DNA of 64,000 nucleotides, taken from assembly GCA_963842525.1 (NCBI GenBank), contig CAWJGT010000019.1, forward strand, positions 32,001-96,000. The letters run 5' to 3'. Under the pieces are notes generated by a model. That model ran no database searches. It saw nothing but the letters and a program-made list of their open reading frames with translations, and had not been told where the DNA came from. The translations under genes and the position numbers were made by a program. Numbering within the stretch: position 1 is the stretch's first letter; each line of letters opens with the position of its first letter. The stretch is from an uncultured Holophagales bacterium. GTDB taxonomy: Bacteria > Acidobacteriota > Thermoanaerobaculia > Multivoradales > UBA5704. Positions 41,075 through 52,103 of the stretch are shown piece by piece.

Positions 41075-42553
41075 TTAATTCGGCGAGCCCGGCAGCGGGT
41101 CCCGCAGGTAAGGGAACGTCGAATCGAACTGGCTCGCGTCCTGGAGCGTGCCGTCCGTGAAGGGGAGAGTACCTGAAGGAGCGTCCGCGGCGGTGCAGGA
41201 GAAGGCGCCCGGGAAGGCATGGCAGAGCACGCCCATGGCCACCCGCAGCTCGATGTCCACCACGTCGTCGCCCGGCCGGCGGCCGTTGGGGAAGCCGGCG
41301 TTGTCGCCGCCCAGCGCGCCGAGGTTGTTCTGCGCCGCCGCCGCCACCGCCGGGATGGAGGTGTTCAGCCGCAGCATCTCGTGCGGCTGGCCGTCCGAGA
41401 GGAAGTTCACGCCCGTGATGCCGGTGGCGAACGCCGCCACCAGGTCGAGGCGCGGGAAGTTATTGGGCGCCTGCACACCGGCCGCGCCGAAGAGGATCTC
41501 CAGGATCTCGGGCAGGGTCGGGTTCGTCACATAGGTGGCGAGCGCCGCGTCGCCCGACGGATGGGCGGCGTTGAACAGGTTCTTGTCCTTGAGGCCGATG
41601 ACCACCTCGTTGACCAGCGGCATGCCGAGCCGCGAGACCTGGATGAAGTCGCCGGTCTCGTTGGCCGGGCTCTGGAACGTCGGATTGGTACGCAGGACCC
41701 GGTTGCGCGGCAGCACCGCCGTGGTCCAGCCGCCGACCACCGCACCGGCTCCTGTCAGACAGGCCGCCGGCACCTCCAGCGCGAACGTGGTGATGTTCTT
41801 GTCATCGATCGTGTTGGGCTCGGCGTTCCGGTCGCCGAGGGGGTTCGTGATGTTGACCAGGTCGAAGACCTCGCCCAGGTTGACCGCGAAGGGCTCCTTG
41901 CGCTGGCCGATGAAGATCTGGCCGTCCCCGGCATTGCAGCCCGGGATGTCGAGGTTGCGCACAAACTTGTCCGCATACCCGGCATAGTCGGGGATCGACT
42001 TCTGGCCGATGTTGTCGACCGGCTTGCCGAAGCGGTTGGCCCCGGTGTCTGCGTCCGTGGCGAAGTCCCACCGCGTGTCGTCGTCGATACGGCCTCTCGC
42101 CACCCCCAGCGTGCAGCTCTCGGCTACGTTCAGCGTGGCGTCGCGCTGACCCGGACCCCCGGAGATCTGCCCGACGTTGATCACCGGCACCGAGACCTGG
42201 ACGCCGCCGACCGGCAGCTTGATGTCCGTCAGCGCCTGCGTGCAGCGGAACTGGAAGCTGACGTCCTCCACGCCGTCGCCCGTATTGTCGATGTGGATGC
42301 GGTAGCGGGCGTCGGGGTCGAGCGTGAAGTAGTTGGGCCCGCCGTAGGCATCCTGGAGCGGCAGGTAGTTGGCGAGGATCGTGACGAAGCCGCTGCGCCC
42401 CGCCTCATAGCTGTTGAACATGTAGAAGTCCGTCCCGTCCACCTTGGGCATCTCGGTGATCCCCGGCGCCTCCCGGTGGCTGGACGCCTGGGCCGGGAGC
42501 GCCGCCAGGGCGGCCAGGGCCAGGACTGCCAGAATCAGTGCGCGTTGTCTCAT
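41075..42553 (-). CDS. Secreted DUF4331-family protein
   Basis: GGAGGAG RBS; signal peptide then SSHREAP, DGTDFYMF, QVSRLGMPLVNE, GFPNGRRPGDDVVDI. Confidence 0.85.
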   Translation of the reverse strand: MRQRALILAVLALAALAALPAQASSHREAPGITEMPKVDGTDFYMFNSYEAGRSGFVTILANYLPLQDAYGGPNYFTLDPDARYRIHIDNTGDGVEDVSFQFRCTQALTDIKLPVGGVQVSVPVINVGQISGGPGQRDATLNVAESCTLGVARGRIDDDTRWDFATDADTGANRFGKPVDNIGQKSIPDYAGYADKFVRNLDIPGCNAGDGQIFIGQRKEPFAVNLGEVFDLVNITNPLGDRNAEPNTIDDKNITTFALEVPAACLTGAGAVVGGWTTAVLPRNRVLRTNPTFQSPANETGDFIQVSRLGMPLVNEVVIGLKDKNLFNAAHPSGDAALATYVTNPTLPEILEILFGAAGVQAPNNFPRLDLVAAFATGITGVNFLSDGQPHEMLRLNTSIPAVAAAAQNNLGALGGDNAGFPNGRRPGDDVVDIELRVAMGVLCHAFPGAFSCTAADAPSGTLPFTDGTLQDASQFDSTFPYLRDPLPGSPN

Positions 42554-42682
42554 GTCTCCTCCTGTCAATGTTGCGGCTCGGGAGTCGTACCCGTGCTCTA
42601 TCTTGAGTACGGAGCCATTCACGCATCGGATGACTGAATGGGAAAAGAGGGGAAAGCTCTCCGTCGCCGCTAGAATGCGCGC

Positions 42683-43510
42683 ATGACCGAAACGAGATCC
42701 GCCACGCTCCGCCCCGACGGCCGCGCCGCCGACGCCCTCCGCCCCCTGCGCATCCAGACCAACGTGCTCAAATTTGCCGAGGGCTCGGTGCTCCTCGAGC
42801 TGGGCGAGACGCGCATCCTGGTCGCCGCCAGCGTGGACAACCGGGTCCCCAATTTCCTCAAGGACAGCGGGCGCGGCTGGCTCACCGCCGAGTACTCGAT
42901 GCTGCCGCGCGCCACCCACACCCGCAGCCCACGCGAGGTCTCCCAGGGCCGGCCGTCGGGACGCACCGCCGAGATCCAGCGCCTGATCGGCCGCAGCCTG
43001 CGCGCCGCCTTCGACCTGAGCGCCATGCCCGACCGCACCCTGACCCTCGACTGCGACGTCCTCCAGGCCGACGGCGGCACCCGCACCGCCGCGGTCACCG
43101 GTGCCTACGTGGCCGCGTGCCTCGCCCTCGGCCGCCTCCTGGTCACCGGCGACATCCAGACCTGGCCGGTCATCGAGCAGATGGCCGCGGTCTCCGTCGG
43201 CCTCGTCCGCGGGACGCCGCTCCTCGACCTCGAATACGTCGAAGACCAGGTCGCCGAGGTGGACATGAACGTCGTGGGCACGGCCGGCGGATCGCTGATC
43301 GAGATCCAGGGCACCGGCGAAAAGCGGAGCTTCCGCCGCGAGGAGATGGACGCCCTGGTCGACCTCGCCTTCAAAGGTATCCGGGAGCTGGCCGCGGCGC
43401 AGGACCAGGCCCTGGCGACCACCCTGGAGGAGGTCCGGCACGTCCTCGCCAAGGGCACCCGCCGCCAGGCCCCGCCCAAGCCCGAGAAGGACCTCTGGGG
43501 AAGGCCATGA
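42683..43510 (+). CDS. rph: Ribonuclease PH
   Basis: [58 protein letters not shown]. Confidence 0.96.
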   Translation: MTETRSATLRPDGRAADALRPLRIQTNVLKFAEGSVLLELGETRILVAASVDNRVPNFLKDSGRGWLTAEYSMLPRATHTRSPREVSQGRPSGRTAEIQRLIGRSLRAAFDLSAMPDRTLTLDCDVLQADGGTRTAAVTGAYVAACLALGRLLVTGDIQTWPVIEQMAAVSVGLVRGTPLLDLEYVEDQVAEVDMNVVGTAGGSLIEIQGTGEKRSFRREEMDALVDLAFKGIRELAAAQDQALATTLEEVRHVLAKGTRRQAPPKPEKDLWGRP

Positions 43511-43534
43511 CATCCTGCGATAGACTGCGCCGCC

Positions 43535-44819
<1,285 letters not shown>

Positions 44820-44837
44820 GCTGTTGCACAGCTCGAC

Positions 44838-44925
44838 GGAGGGGTGGCTGAGCGGCTGAAAGCAGCGGTCTTGAAAACCGCCGGCCCGCAAGGGCTCGTG
44901 GGTTCGAATCCCACCCCCTCCGCCA
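44838..44925 (+). tRNA. tRNA-Ser(TGA)
   Basis: GGAGGGG/CCCCTCC acceptor stem, anticodon loop CTTGAAA, long variable arm, GGTTCGAATCC, G-CCA end. Confidence 0.96.
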
Positions 44926-44936
44926 ATTCCCATCCC

Positions 44937-45902
44937 ATGCGCCGCATCGTCGCGAACCTCCTCTGCGAGGACGACCTCGCCCGCCTCGCGCACGCCGAAA
45001 ACCCGCGACGCCGTCGCCAGCGTCCGCCCTCCCAGGAGACCCTCCGGACCGTCTCCAGAATGGCCGGCCTTCTTTCCGTTTTCGCCCGTGAGGGAGACCG
45101 CCTCTGGACCCCCGCGCCGGAATCCGGACCGTTGCGCGACCTGGAGCCCGCCGACGAAGTGCTCGCCTGGTGCGAGACTCCGGAGGTGGCGGCCCTACGG
45201 ACTGCCCCGCGTCCCGCATCCGTTCCCTGGGACGCTCCGCTCTGGAAGCTTGTCTGGCACCTGCCGGTCGCGCCACCCTCCGTGGTGGCGGCCGTCCATC
45301 ACCGCGCCTTCCATCTCCAGGTCGCCGAAGAGTTGGGCTGCGCCCTTCCCGGAGCCCGGATGGTGGAATCGCTCGCGGATCTCGACCGCACCCTCGCCGC
45401 CCGGGATGCCCCATCAGCCTGGGTCGTCAAAGCGCCGCTCTCTGTCTCGGGCCGTGCCCGCTACATCGAAAGGAACGGCCCGCTTCTCGCCGACCCGAAG
45501 TCCCGCCGCACTGTCGAGCGTCTCTTCGAGCATCACGGTCCCCTCCTCTTCGAGCCCTGGATGGACCGGATCTCCGACTTCGGCTGCGCCGCCCTCCTGA
45601 CCGGGACCGAGCTGAAGGTGGTCTCCGTCCACGGACAACGCGTCGATGGGAGAGGGCAGTTCGCGGGGATCGATCTGGATGCCGAGATTTCGCCGTCAGA
45701 CCGGGCGCGGCTGGAGGAGGTCGTCGACGGCACCGGCCGCGCCCTCCGCCGCGCCGGCTATGTCGGCCCGTTCGGCATCGATGCCTGGCACTACCGGCGA
45801 CCGGACGGCTCGGTCGCCTTTCAGGCGCTCGGGGAGATCAATGCCCGGATGACCTTCGGACTGGTGGCGCGGGCGCAGGCGGAACGGGGGCTCAATTCCT
45901 GA
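44937..45902 (+). CDS. Hypothetical protein, ATP-grasp-like
   Basis: WVVKAPLSVSGR, LLFEPW, GPFGID, EINARMTFG. Confidence 0.6.
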   Translation: MRRIVANLLCEDDLARLAHAENPRRRRQRPPSQETLRTVSRMAGLLSVFAREGDRLWTPAPESGPLRDLEPADEVLAWCETPEVAALRTAPRPASVPWDAPLWKLVWHLPVAPPSVVAAVHHRAFHLQVAEELGCALPGARMVESLADLDRTLAARDAPSAWVVKAPLSVSGRARYIERNGPLLADPKSRRTVERLFEHHGPLLFEPWMDRISDFGCAALLTGTELKVVSVHGQRVDGRGQFAGIDLDAEISPSDRARLEEVVDGTGRALRRAGYVGPFGIDAWHYRRPDGSVAFQALGEINARMTFGLVARAQAERGLNS

Positions 45903-46863
45903 AGACGTCCTCGAGATGCTCGGCGGTCAGAACGCGCTCGCTCCATTCGAGCAGCCGGTCCGCATCCGTGGACAGCACCCGCTCCTCGATCTCGGGAGCC
46001 AAAGAACCGAACTTCAAGCGGAGGAGCCGCAGCAACACGCGGGCTTCCCCCTCCTGGCGGCCTTCCTGGCGGCCTTCCTCCCGGCCTTCCTCGCGGATCT
46101 GACGGTTCCACCGGTCGATGCTTTCTGCCAACATGGTTTCAAGCTCCTCTAAAGTCAACGCGTCGGAGACCTCTTCCAACTCAAGTCTGAAGCGCGGCAG
46201 GATGACCTTCTGCAGTCAGATTCCGAAGGCCCGCCGCAACGAAGCCTCCTCCGCAGGAACGTTCCGCCGCAAGCGATGGACACCAGCAAGAACATCTCCC
46301 CAATCCCTGCTCTTCTCGATATAGAACAGGTCGGCCACCGGGCTATGCAGCGTTTCCAGGAACTGCCGGTCGTAGGCCGACTCGTCCACCAGCCGATAGG
46401 TCAGCCGCGGCCGGTAGACCTCCGCCGAAGGGTCCAGATCGCCGACCAGAGAGCCGAGGTCTGTGGCCACGCCCCACGGCTCCCCGCCATTGTAGACGAG
46501 GACCGAGATGACCGGTGGCAGCTTCTTCTTCCAGGCTGCTGGAGGGAGATCGGCCAGCATGGTCTGGTACAAGAGGCCCTTGTAGACTGTAAAGCGAACC
46601 GGCATGGAGGGGTCCGGCCGCGACTGCAGCTCGATGAGGATGTAGAGCTCGGCCGGCTCGCCGCCGTCCTTGCGCCGGAACTTCCAGACGATGTCGCTCT
46701 CGCGGTTGTTATGGTCATCGGAGACGTAGGAAGAGCTGACCCGCTCGCCGGAGTCGAAGTCGATGAGCTCGACCCACGGCTCGGCCACGATCTTCTGGAG
46801 GAGATCCTGGACCATGCGGCGGTGGGAGAAGAAGAGACGGTAGCTGAGGTCGTGTTGTCCCAT
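45892..46863 (-). CDS. Rpn family (YhgA-like) PD-(D/E)xK nuclease with DUF4351-like C-terminus (frameshift near 46218)
   Basis: HDLSYRLFFSH, RESDIVW, ILIELQS, LPPVISVLVYNG, EGRQEGRQEG, LLEWSERVL. Confidence 0.88.
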
Positions 46864-46936
46864 AAATTCTCGCGGGACTCTATCACGGATCCGCCTCACG
46901 GCTTGGCGCAGGGATTGTGTTGACGAAACAGCTCTA

Positions 46937-47222
46937 TCACCCCTCTTCTTCTGAGAGCACCGTCTCCTCCGGTGCCTCCGTGAAGCTCTCGAAGTCGATC
47001 CGGTAGCCGTCCGGGTCGGACAGGGACGTGACCCACATGCCGTTGCCGACGAAGGGCCTTGCGGCCTCGATCCCGCGGGATTTCACCTCGCGATAGATCG
47101 CCAGGGCGTCCTCGCACTTGAAGCAGACCGAGACGCCTTCGCCGACTTTCCCTTGGGGTATCCAGGAGCTGTGTCTTTCCGGCTTGCTTGACGTTCTTTC
47201 CGGTCTTCGCTTCGACGTTCAT
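46937..47222 (-). pseudogene. VOC/bleomycin-resistance family gene with internal deletion
   Basis: MNVEAKTGKNVKQA fused out of frame to GEGVSVCFKCEDALAIYRE..PFVGNGMWVTSLSDPDGYRIDFES. Confidence 0.65.
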
Positions 47223-47548
47223 TACTGTGTCTCTTTCTCCGGCTCCTTCTCGACACAATTGAACCAGATTCGTCTCTGCGGCGCTCCTGGGGGCCAGGCG
47301 GCTTGCTGGTCTTCCTCCCGCACGATCTTGTACGGCCCACCGCAATGCTCATACATTTTCTTGTAGGCGTCCTCGCGGCGTGCATTGCGCACGGTCTTGG
47401 CGCCAGCGTTCAGATAACTGACCTCGCCGTCAACCTGTTCGTCCACCGGGGCATAACTGCTGGTTTCAGGGATCGTCGTCCTCACCTGGCTCGCACTGCA
47501 TGCCGTCAGCGCGAAGACACCGATCAACAAAGACAGCTTCCGGTACAA
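47222..47548 (-). CDS. Small lipoprotein
   Basis: AAGGAGG RBS, TTG start, lipobox LTAC, lower GC. Confidence 0.7.
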   Translation of the reverse strand: MYRKLSLLIGVFALTACSASQVRTTIPETSSYAPVDEQVDGEVSYLNAGAKTVRNARREDAYKKMYEHCGGPYKIVREEDQQAAWPPGAPQRRIWFNCVEKEPEKETQ

Positions 47549-47591
47549 AGCATCCTCCTTTCCGCGAGCCGCTGGACCGGCTGCTCATGCC

Positions 47592-48002
47592 CTACCGATG
47601 AAGAGTGATTCCTTCCGAGGGAAAGCGGCGGTCGAAGGAATAGACCCTCTCCGCACCACGCTCACGAGCTTGCGCCCAGATCAGAACATCCGCAAAGGAG
47701 TTGCGTTTCGAATTACGGCAGAGAATGAGAGCTTGGAGAACACGGGGCTTGGAGAGCGTGGCGAGCCGAAGATTCTGCCGCTGAACCAGCTCCATCAAGA
47801 CGTCCACGATGTCGGGACGCATCATCTTGTAGAACGAGCCGAGCACATAGGCAGATTCCATCAGCACGAGCTCGCTCAGGATCAGAGCTTCGTCGCTATC
47901 GATGACCTGGGCCGCTCGTTCGGCCATTTCTGGCGGATCTCCCGTCAAGTAGCGCACCACGTAGCTCGTGTCGAGCAAAGCGGGGGTCGTCTCACGCGTC
48001 AT
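47592..48002 (-). CDS. PIN-domain (VapC-like) toxin
   Basis: LLDTSYVVRYL, E in LMESAY, SFADVLI, YSFDRRF. Confidence 0.88.
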   Translation of the reverse strand: MTRETTPALLDTSYVVRYLTGDPPEMAERAAQVIDSDEALILSELVLMESAYVLGSFYKMMRPDIVDVLMELVQRQNLRLATLSKPRVLQALILCRNSKRNSFADVLIWAQARERGAERVYSFDRRFPSEGITLHR

Positions 48003-48006
48003 GCAT

Positions 48007-48273
48007 TCACTCCTTCCCACCCCAATCTTCAGCAACAGCCTCCTCCCAGGCCTTACGCCCCGCTTCCTCCCACTCCTCCGGGGGCAGCGGACGCTCGACG
48101 AACCGGCCCAATGCTCCCTTCAGGGATCGATTGTGCTCCGCGGGAAAGAATCGGACCTCGACGTGGTCACCGCGCAGTGTCTGCACAGCGACGAAGCCCG
48201 GCTGAACTCCGAGAGCCGTACGGATCGGCTTCTCGATGACAATCTGCCCCTTCTCTCCCACTCGGCTGGCCAT
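48007..48273 (-). CDS. AbrB/MazE/SpoVT-family antitoxin
   Basis: GGAGG RBS; VGEKGQIVIEKPIRTALGVQPG; directly upstream of the PIN gene. Confidence 0.88.
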   Translation of the reverse strand: MASRVGEKGQIVIEKPIRTALGVQPGFVAVQTLRGDHVEVRFFPAEHNRSLKGALGRFVERPLPPEEWEEAGRKAWEEAVAEDWGGKE

Positions 48274-48369
48274 AGTAATACCTCCGGCAATAAGTATAAC
48301 TCGGGTCGTCGAGGCTCCATCCAGAGACAGACTCACGACCGGGGCTCGCTCCTGGACTAGACTGCCGCC

Positions 48370-50001
48370 ATGAGCCCTCGTACCACGCGACGCCGCCGGA
48401 TCAACGGGTGGGGATTCGAGGGGGTGTCTTTCCCTCCTCCCCGGCCGATGCGGACGTGGCTGGAAGAGCGGATCGGCCCGGCGGAGCGCCAAGAACCGGT
48501 CGATCCCGCCCGGATCCGGATCCACGAGCCGAGGTCGATCCCGGACCTGCCTGTGCCGGTCTCGCGCGAGCCGCTGGACCGGCTGCTCCATGCCCGCGGA
48601 CGTGGGTTCTCCGACCTGGTCCGGCTGCGGACCGGATCGCTGCCGGCGGCGCCGGATGCGGTGGCGCGGCCAGGCGACGCCGCGGAGGTGGAGGAGGTGC
48701 TCCGGATTTGCAGCCGCGAGGGAGTCCGGGTGATCCCCTTCGGCGGCGGGACGTCGGTGACCGGCGGGGTCAATGCCTTCCCCGATCCGGTGCCCACGGT
48801 CGTCCTCGACCTCGAGCGGCTCGCGGGGCTGGCGCGGCTGGACGAGCGGTCGGGGCATGCCACGTTCGGCGCCGGCACCTTCGGCCCGGCCCTGGAGGCG
48901 GCCCTGGCGCCCCACAGGCTCACGCTCGGCCACTTCCCGCAGTCCTGGGAGCTGTCGACCCTCGGCGGCTGGGTGGCCACCCGGTCCTCGGGGCAGGAGT
49001 CGCTCGAGTACGGTCGCATCGAGGATCTGGTGGCCGGCCTGGAGATGGTCGCCCCGGGCGGCCGCCTGGCGCTCCCCGCGATGCCGGCCTCGGCCGCCGG
49101 ACCGGACCTGCGCCAGCTCGCCCTCGGCAGCGAGGGACGGCTCGGCGTGCTCACCGAGGTGACCGTGCGCGTCTCGCCGCGGCCGGCGGGCCGGACCGTC
49201 GAGGCGTTCCTGGTGCCCTCCTGGGACGAGGGGATCGAGGCCGTGCGGGAGTTGGTGCTCGCGGGCATCCCTCTCCACATGCTCCGTCTCTCGGACCCGG
49301 ACGAGACGCAGGTCGCCCTCGCGGTCGGGACGCGTGGCCATCTCTGGTCCCCCCTGGCGCGCGGCTGGCTGCGGCTGCGCGGCGCCCGTCCGGGGTCGTG
49401 CCTGCTGTTCTGCGGCGCGGCAGGTCGGGACCGGGAGAGGCGGTGGGTGTTGGGCGAGACCCGGAGCTTTCTGAAGCGGCGGCGGGCCACCTCCCTCGGC
49501 GAAGGCCCGGGCCGGCGATGGCTGGCCGACCGCTTCCGCCATCCCTATCTGCGCGACGCTCTCCTCGACCTCGGCTGGGGCACCGAAACGCTGGAGACCG
49601 CTGCCCCTTGGTCCGCCCTGCCGCGGCTCTACGAGGCGGTCCGCGCCGCGGTCGCCGGCGGGCTCCCGAACGAAGAGGTCCCGATCCTCTGCCATATCTC
49701 CCATATGTACCGGGACGGCGCCTCGCTCTACTTCACCTTCTTCTTCCGCTGCCCCAAGGACCCCGAGGAGACCGTCGAGCGCTGGGCGACCCTCAAGCGG
49801 GCGGCCACGAGCGCTCTCGTCGGGGCCGGCGGGACGATCAGCCACCACCACGGGGTCGGCTCGTGGCATGCCCCTTGGGTTTCCCAGGAGGTGGGGGAGG
49901 CCGGAGTCCGCGTGCTCGCCGCCGCCGCGCGGGAGCTCGATCCGCAGGGCATCCTCAACCCGCACGTCCTGCTGGACCCCGAAGACCGGCTGGAGGTCTG
50001 A
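48370..50001 (+). CDS. FAD-linked oxidoreductase, alkyl-DHAP synthase-like
   Basis: IPFGGGTSVTGG, TLGHFPQSWELSTLGGWVATRSSGQ, GSEGRLG, CHISHMY, ISHHHGVG. Confidence 0.85.
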   Translation: MSPRTTRRRRINGWGFEGVSFPPPRPMRTWLEERIGPAERQEPVDPARIRIHEPRSIPDLPVPVSREPLDRLLHARGRGFSDLVRLRTGSLPAAPDAVARPGDAAEVEEVLRICSREGVRVIPFGGGTSVTGGVNAFPDPVPTVVLDLERLAGLARLDERSGHATFGAGTFGPALEAALAPHRLTLGHFPQSWELSTLGGWVATRSSGQESLEYGRIEDLVAGLEMVAPGGRLALPAMPASAAGPDLRQLALGSEGRLGVLTEVTVRVSPRPAGRTVEAFLVPSWDEGIEAVRELVLAGIPLHMLRLSDPDETQVALAVGTRGHLWSPLARGWLRLRGARPGSCLLFCGAAGRDRERRWVLGETRSFLKRRRATSLGEGPGRRWLADRFRHPYLRDALLDLGWGTETLETAAPWSALPRLYEAVRAAVAGGLPNEEVPILCHISHMYRDGASLYFTFFFRCPKDPEETVERWATLKRAATSALVGAGGTISHHHGVGSWHAPWVSQEVGEAGVRVLAAAARELDPQGILNPHVLLDPEDRLEV

Positions 50002-50002
50002 C

Positions 50003-51610
50003 GTGTTCCACCCCGGTTGGAGGTCACGGGCGCTCGCCGGTCTGGCCGAGCCCTTTGACCTGATCGTGGTCGGCGGCGGCATCACCGGCTGCGGGGTGCT
50101 CCTGGATGCCGCCCAGCGCGGCCTGCGGGTCCTGCTGCTGGAGAAGGGCGACATCGCCAGCGGGACCTCCTCCCGCTCGTCCAAGCTGATCCACGGCGGG
50201 CTGCGTTACCTCAAACAGATGCGGCTCCATCTCACCCGCGCGGCCTGCCGCGAGCGGGACCGGATGCTCGCGCTCTCGCCCCACCTCGTGCGGCCGGTCC
50301 CGTTCGTCTATCCCATCTACAGGGGCGGCGGGACCTCCGGCTGGCAGGTGGGCCTCGGGCTTCGCGTGTACGACCGGATGACCACGGGCGCGCCCCACCG
50401 GCGGCTCGATCCTGAGGAGCTCGAGCGCTTGGCTCCCGGCGTGCCGGCGGACCACCTCGACCGGGCGCTGCTCTATGGCGACGCCCTGACCGACGACGCC
50501 CTCCTGACCCTGGCGGTCGCCGGCACCGGCTTCGCGCACGGCGGGCTGGTGCTGACCCGCGCCGCGCCGGAAGAGCCGCTGCGGGATGGCCATGGGCGCC
50601 TCCGCGGCCTGCGGGTGCGCGACCTTGAGCTGGGCGACGTCCATCCGGTCAAGGCGCACGTGGTGGTGAACGCCACCGGCGCCTGGACCGATGCGCTGCG
50701 CCAACGGCTCGGGCTCCCGGACCGCCGCGTGCGGCCCTCCCGCGGCAGCCATCTCGTCCTGCCCAGCGAGCGCCTGCCGCTCGGCGCCGCGGTGACCATC
50801 CCCTCGCCGGACGACCGGCGGCCGGTCTTCTTCATCCCGCATCCGGAAGGGGTCCTGGTGGGGACCACCGACCTGTTCCATGACGGGGGCCTCGACGACC
50901 CGCGGCCCAGCCTGGAGGAGGTGGCTTATCTGCTGCGCGCCGTTCAGGCGGCCTTTCCCGAACGGGGGATCTCGGAACGGGACATCCGCGGCGCGTTCGC
51001 GGGGCTGCGGCCGATCGTCGACGCCAGCGCAGGAGACCCGTCGGCCGCCAACCGCGAGGAGGCCGTCTGGGAGGAGCAGGGCCTGCTCTCGGTGGCCGGA
51101 GGCAAGCTCACCACCTGGCGATCCATGGCCGAGCACGTCGTGGACCGGGTCCTGAGCCTGCTGCCGCCGGAGCGGGAGCGGGCGGCGAGGCCATGCGCCA
51201 CGGAAGGGACGACCGTCGGCGCCCTGGCTCCCCTGGACCTCCCGGATCGGCTGCGCCAGATCTGCGGCCTCGCGCCGGATCTGGCGGCCGGAATGGCCCG
51301 GCGTCTCGGCGCCCTCGCCTGGTCCGCCTGCCTGGGCGTCGGCCCGGCGGACCTCCGGCCGCTCCGCGACGGCACCGACCTCTGCGCGGCCGAGGTGCGC
51401 GCGCACCTGCGCTACGGAGCCGTTCTTCGCTTGGACGACCTCCTCCTGCGCCGCGTCCGGGTGGGGATGTGGGACCCTGCCGCTGCCCGCGACCTGGCGC
51501 CGCGCCTGGGGTCGGTCTTCCGCGACGAGCTGGGCTGGGACGGCCGGCGCTGGGACCGGGCGATGGACGAGGCCATGGCGGCGATCGAGGCATGGAGCCC
51601 TCGGAGCTGA
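50003..51610 (+). CDS. glpD: FAD-dependent glycerol-3-phosphate dehydrogenase/oxidase
   Basis: DLIVVGGGITG, SGTSSRSSKLIHGGLRYL, GTTD, GLRP, GGKLTTWR. Confidence 0.88.
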   Translation: MFHPGWRSRALAGLAEPFDLIVVGGGITGCGVLLDAAQRGLRVLLLEKGDIASGTSSRSSKLIHGGLRYLKQMRLHLTRAACRERDRMLALSPHLVRPVPFVYPIYRGGGTSGWQVGLGLRVYDRMTTGAPHRRLDPEELERLAPGVPADHLDRALLYGDALTDDALLTLAVAGTGFAHGGLVLTRAAPEEPLRDGHGRLRGLRVRDLELGDVHPVKAHVVVNATGAWTDALRQRLGLPDRRVRPSRGSHLVLPSERLPLGAAVTIPSPDDRRPVFFIPHPEGVLVGTTDLFHDGGLDDPRPSLEEVAYLLRAVQAAFPERGISERDIRGAFAGLRPIVDASAGDPSAANREEAVWEEQGLLSVAGGKLTTWRSMAEHVVDRVLSLLPPERERAARPCATEGTTVGALAPLDLPDRLRQICGLAPDLAAGMARRLGALAWSACLGVGPADLRPLRDGTDLCAAEVRAHLRYGAVLRLDDLLLRRVRVGMWDPAAARDLAPRLGSVFRDELGWDGRRWDRAMDEAMAAIEAWSPRS

Positions 51611-51680
51611 AGGCTCCCTTCTTGCAAGGGTGTACGCTCACACCAGGGAGACCGTCGAGAGCGGACCCGGGGAGGACCGA

Positions 51681-52103
51681 ATGGAGCTGAAGACCCTGCT
51701 GCAGATCATGGGCGTCATTGCCCTGGTCGCCGTGATCCTCGCGGCGGTGATCCTCGCCACGGCGATGCGCAAGCTGCGAAAGATCCGCCTCCCCCCGGAC
51801 GCCGACTTTTTCACCGCCGTGCGGGCGGTCCCCCTCTCTCTGGTCGTCGGCCTGGATCTGCTCGACCTGGGCCTGGACGTCTTTTCCACGCCGATCATCT
51901 GGTGGCTGCTGAACCGGACAGGGCTCCAGGCGTTGCGCAACGTGGCCTCCTTCGAGGCCCTGATCCCGGTGACCGGACCGATCCCGACGCTCACCCTGGC
52001 GTGGATCGCCTCCCGTCTCTTCAACCTCGGCAAACCGTACGACCCCAACGTTATCGAGGCAGAGCGGATTGGGCCGGATCGGTACGCGGCGCGCCCGCGA
52101 TGA
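51681..52103 (+). CDS. Small membrane protein
   Basis: GGAGG RBS; TM helix; LDLLDLGLD..E.LIP..PIPTLTLAW. Confidence 0.7.
   Translation: MELKTLLQIMGVIALVAVILAAVILATAMRKLRKIRLPPDADFFTAVRAVPLSLVVGLDLLDLGLDVFSTPIIWWLLNRTGLQALRNVASFEALIPVTGPIPTLTLAWIASRLFNLGKPYDPNVIEAERIGPDRYAARPR

Noticed and set aside
44838-44925. Selenocysteine or suppressor tRNA
   Set aside because: Anticodon reads TGA (decodes UCA, Ser), not TCA; normal 7-bp acceptor stem; lies beside serS
44838-48273. Prophage or integrative element at tRNA-Ser
   Set aside because: No integrase, phage genes or duplicated tRNA 3' end seen
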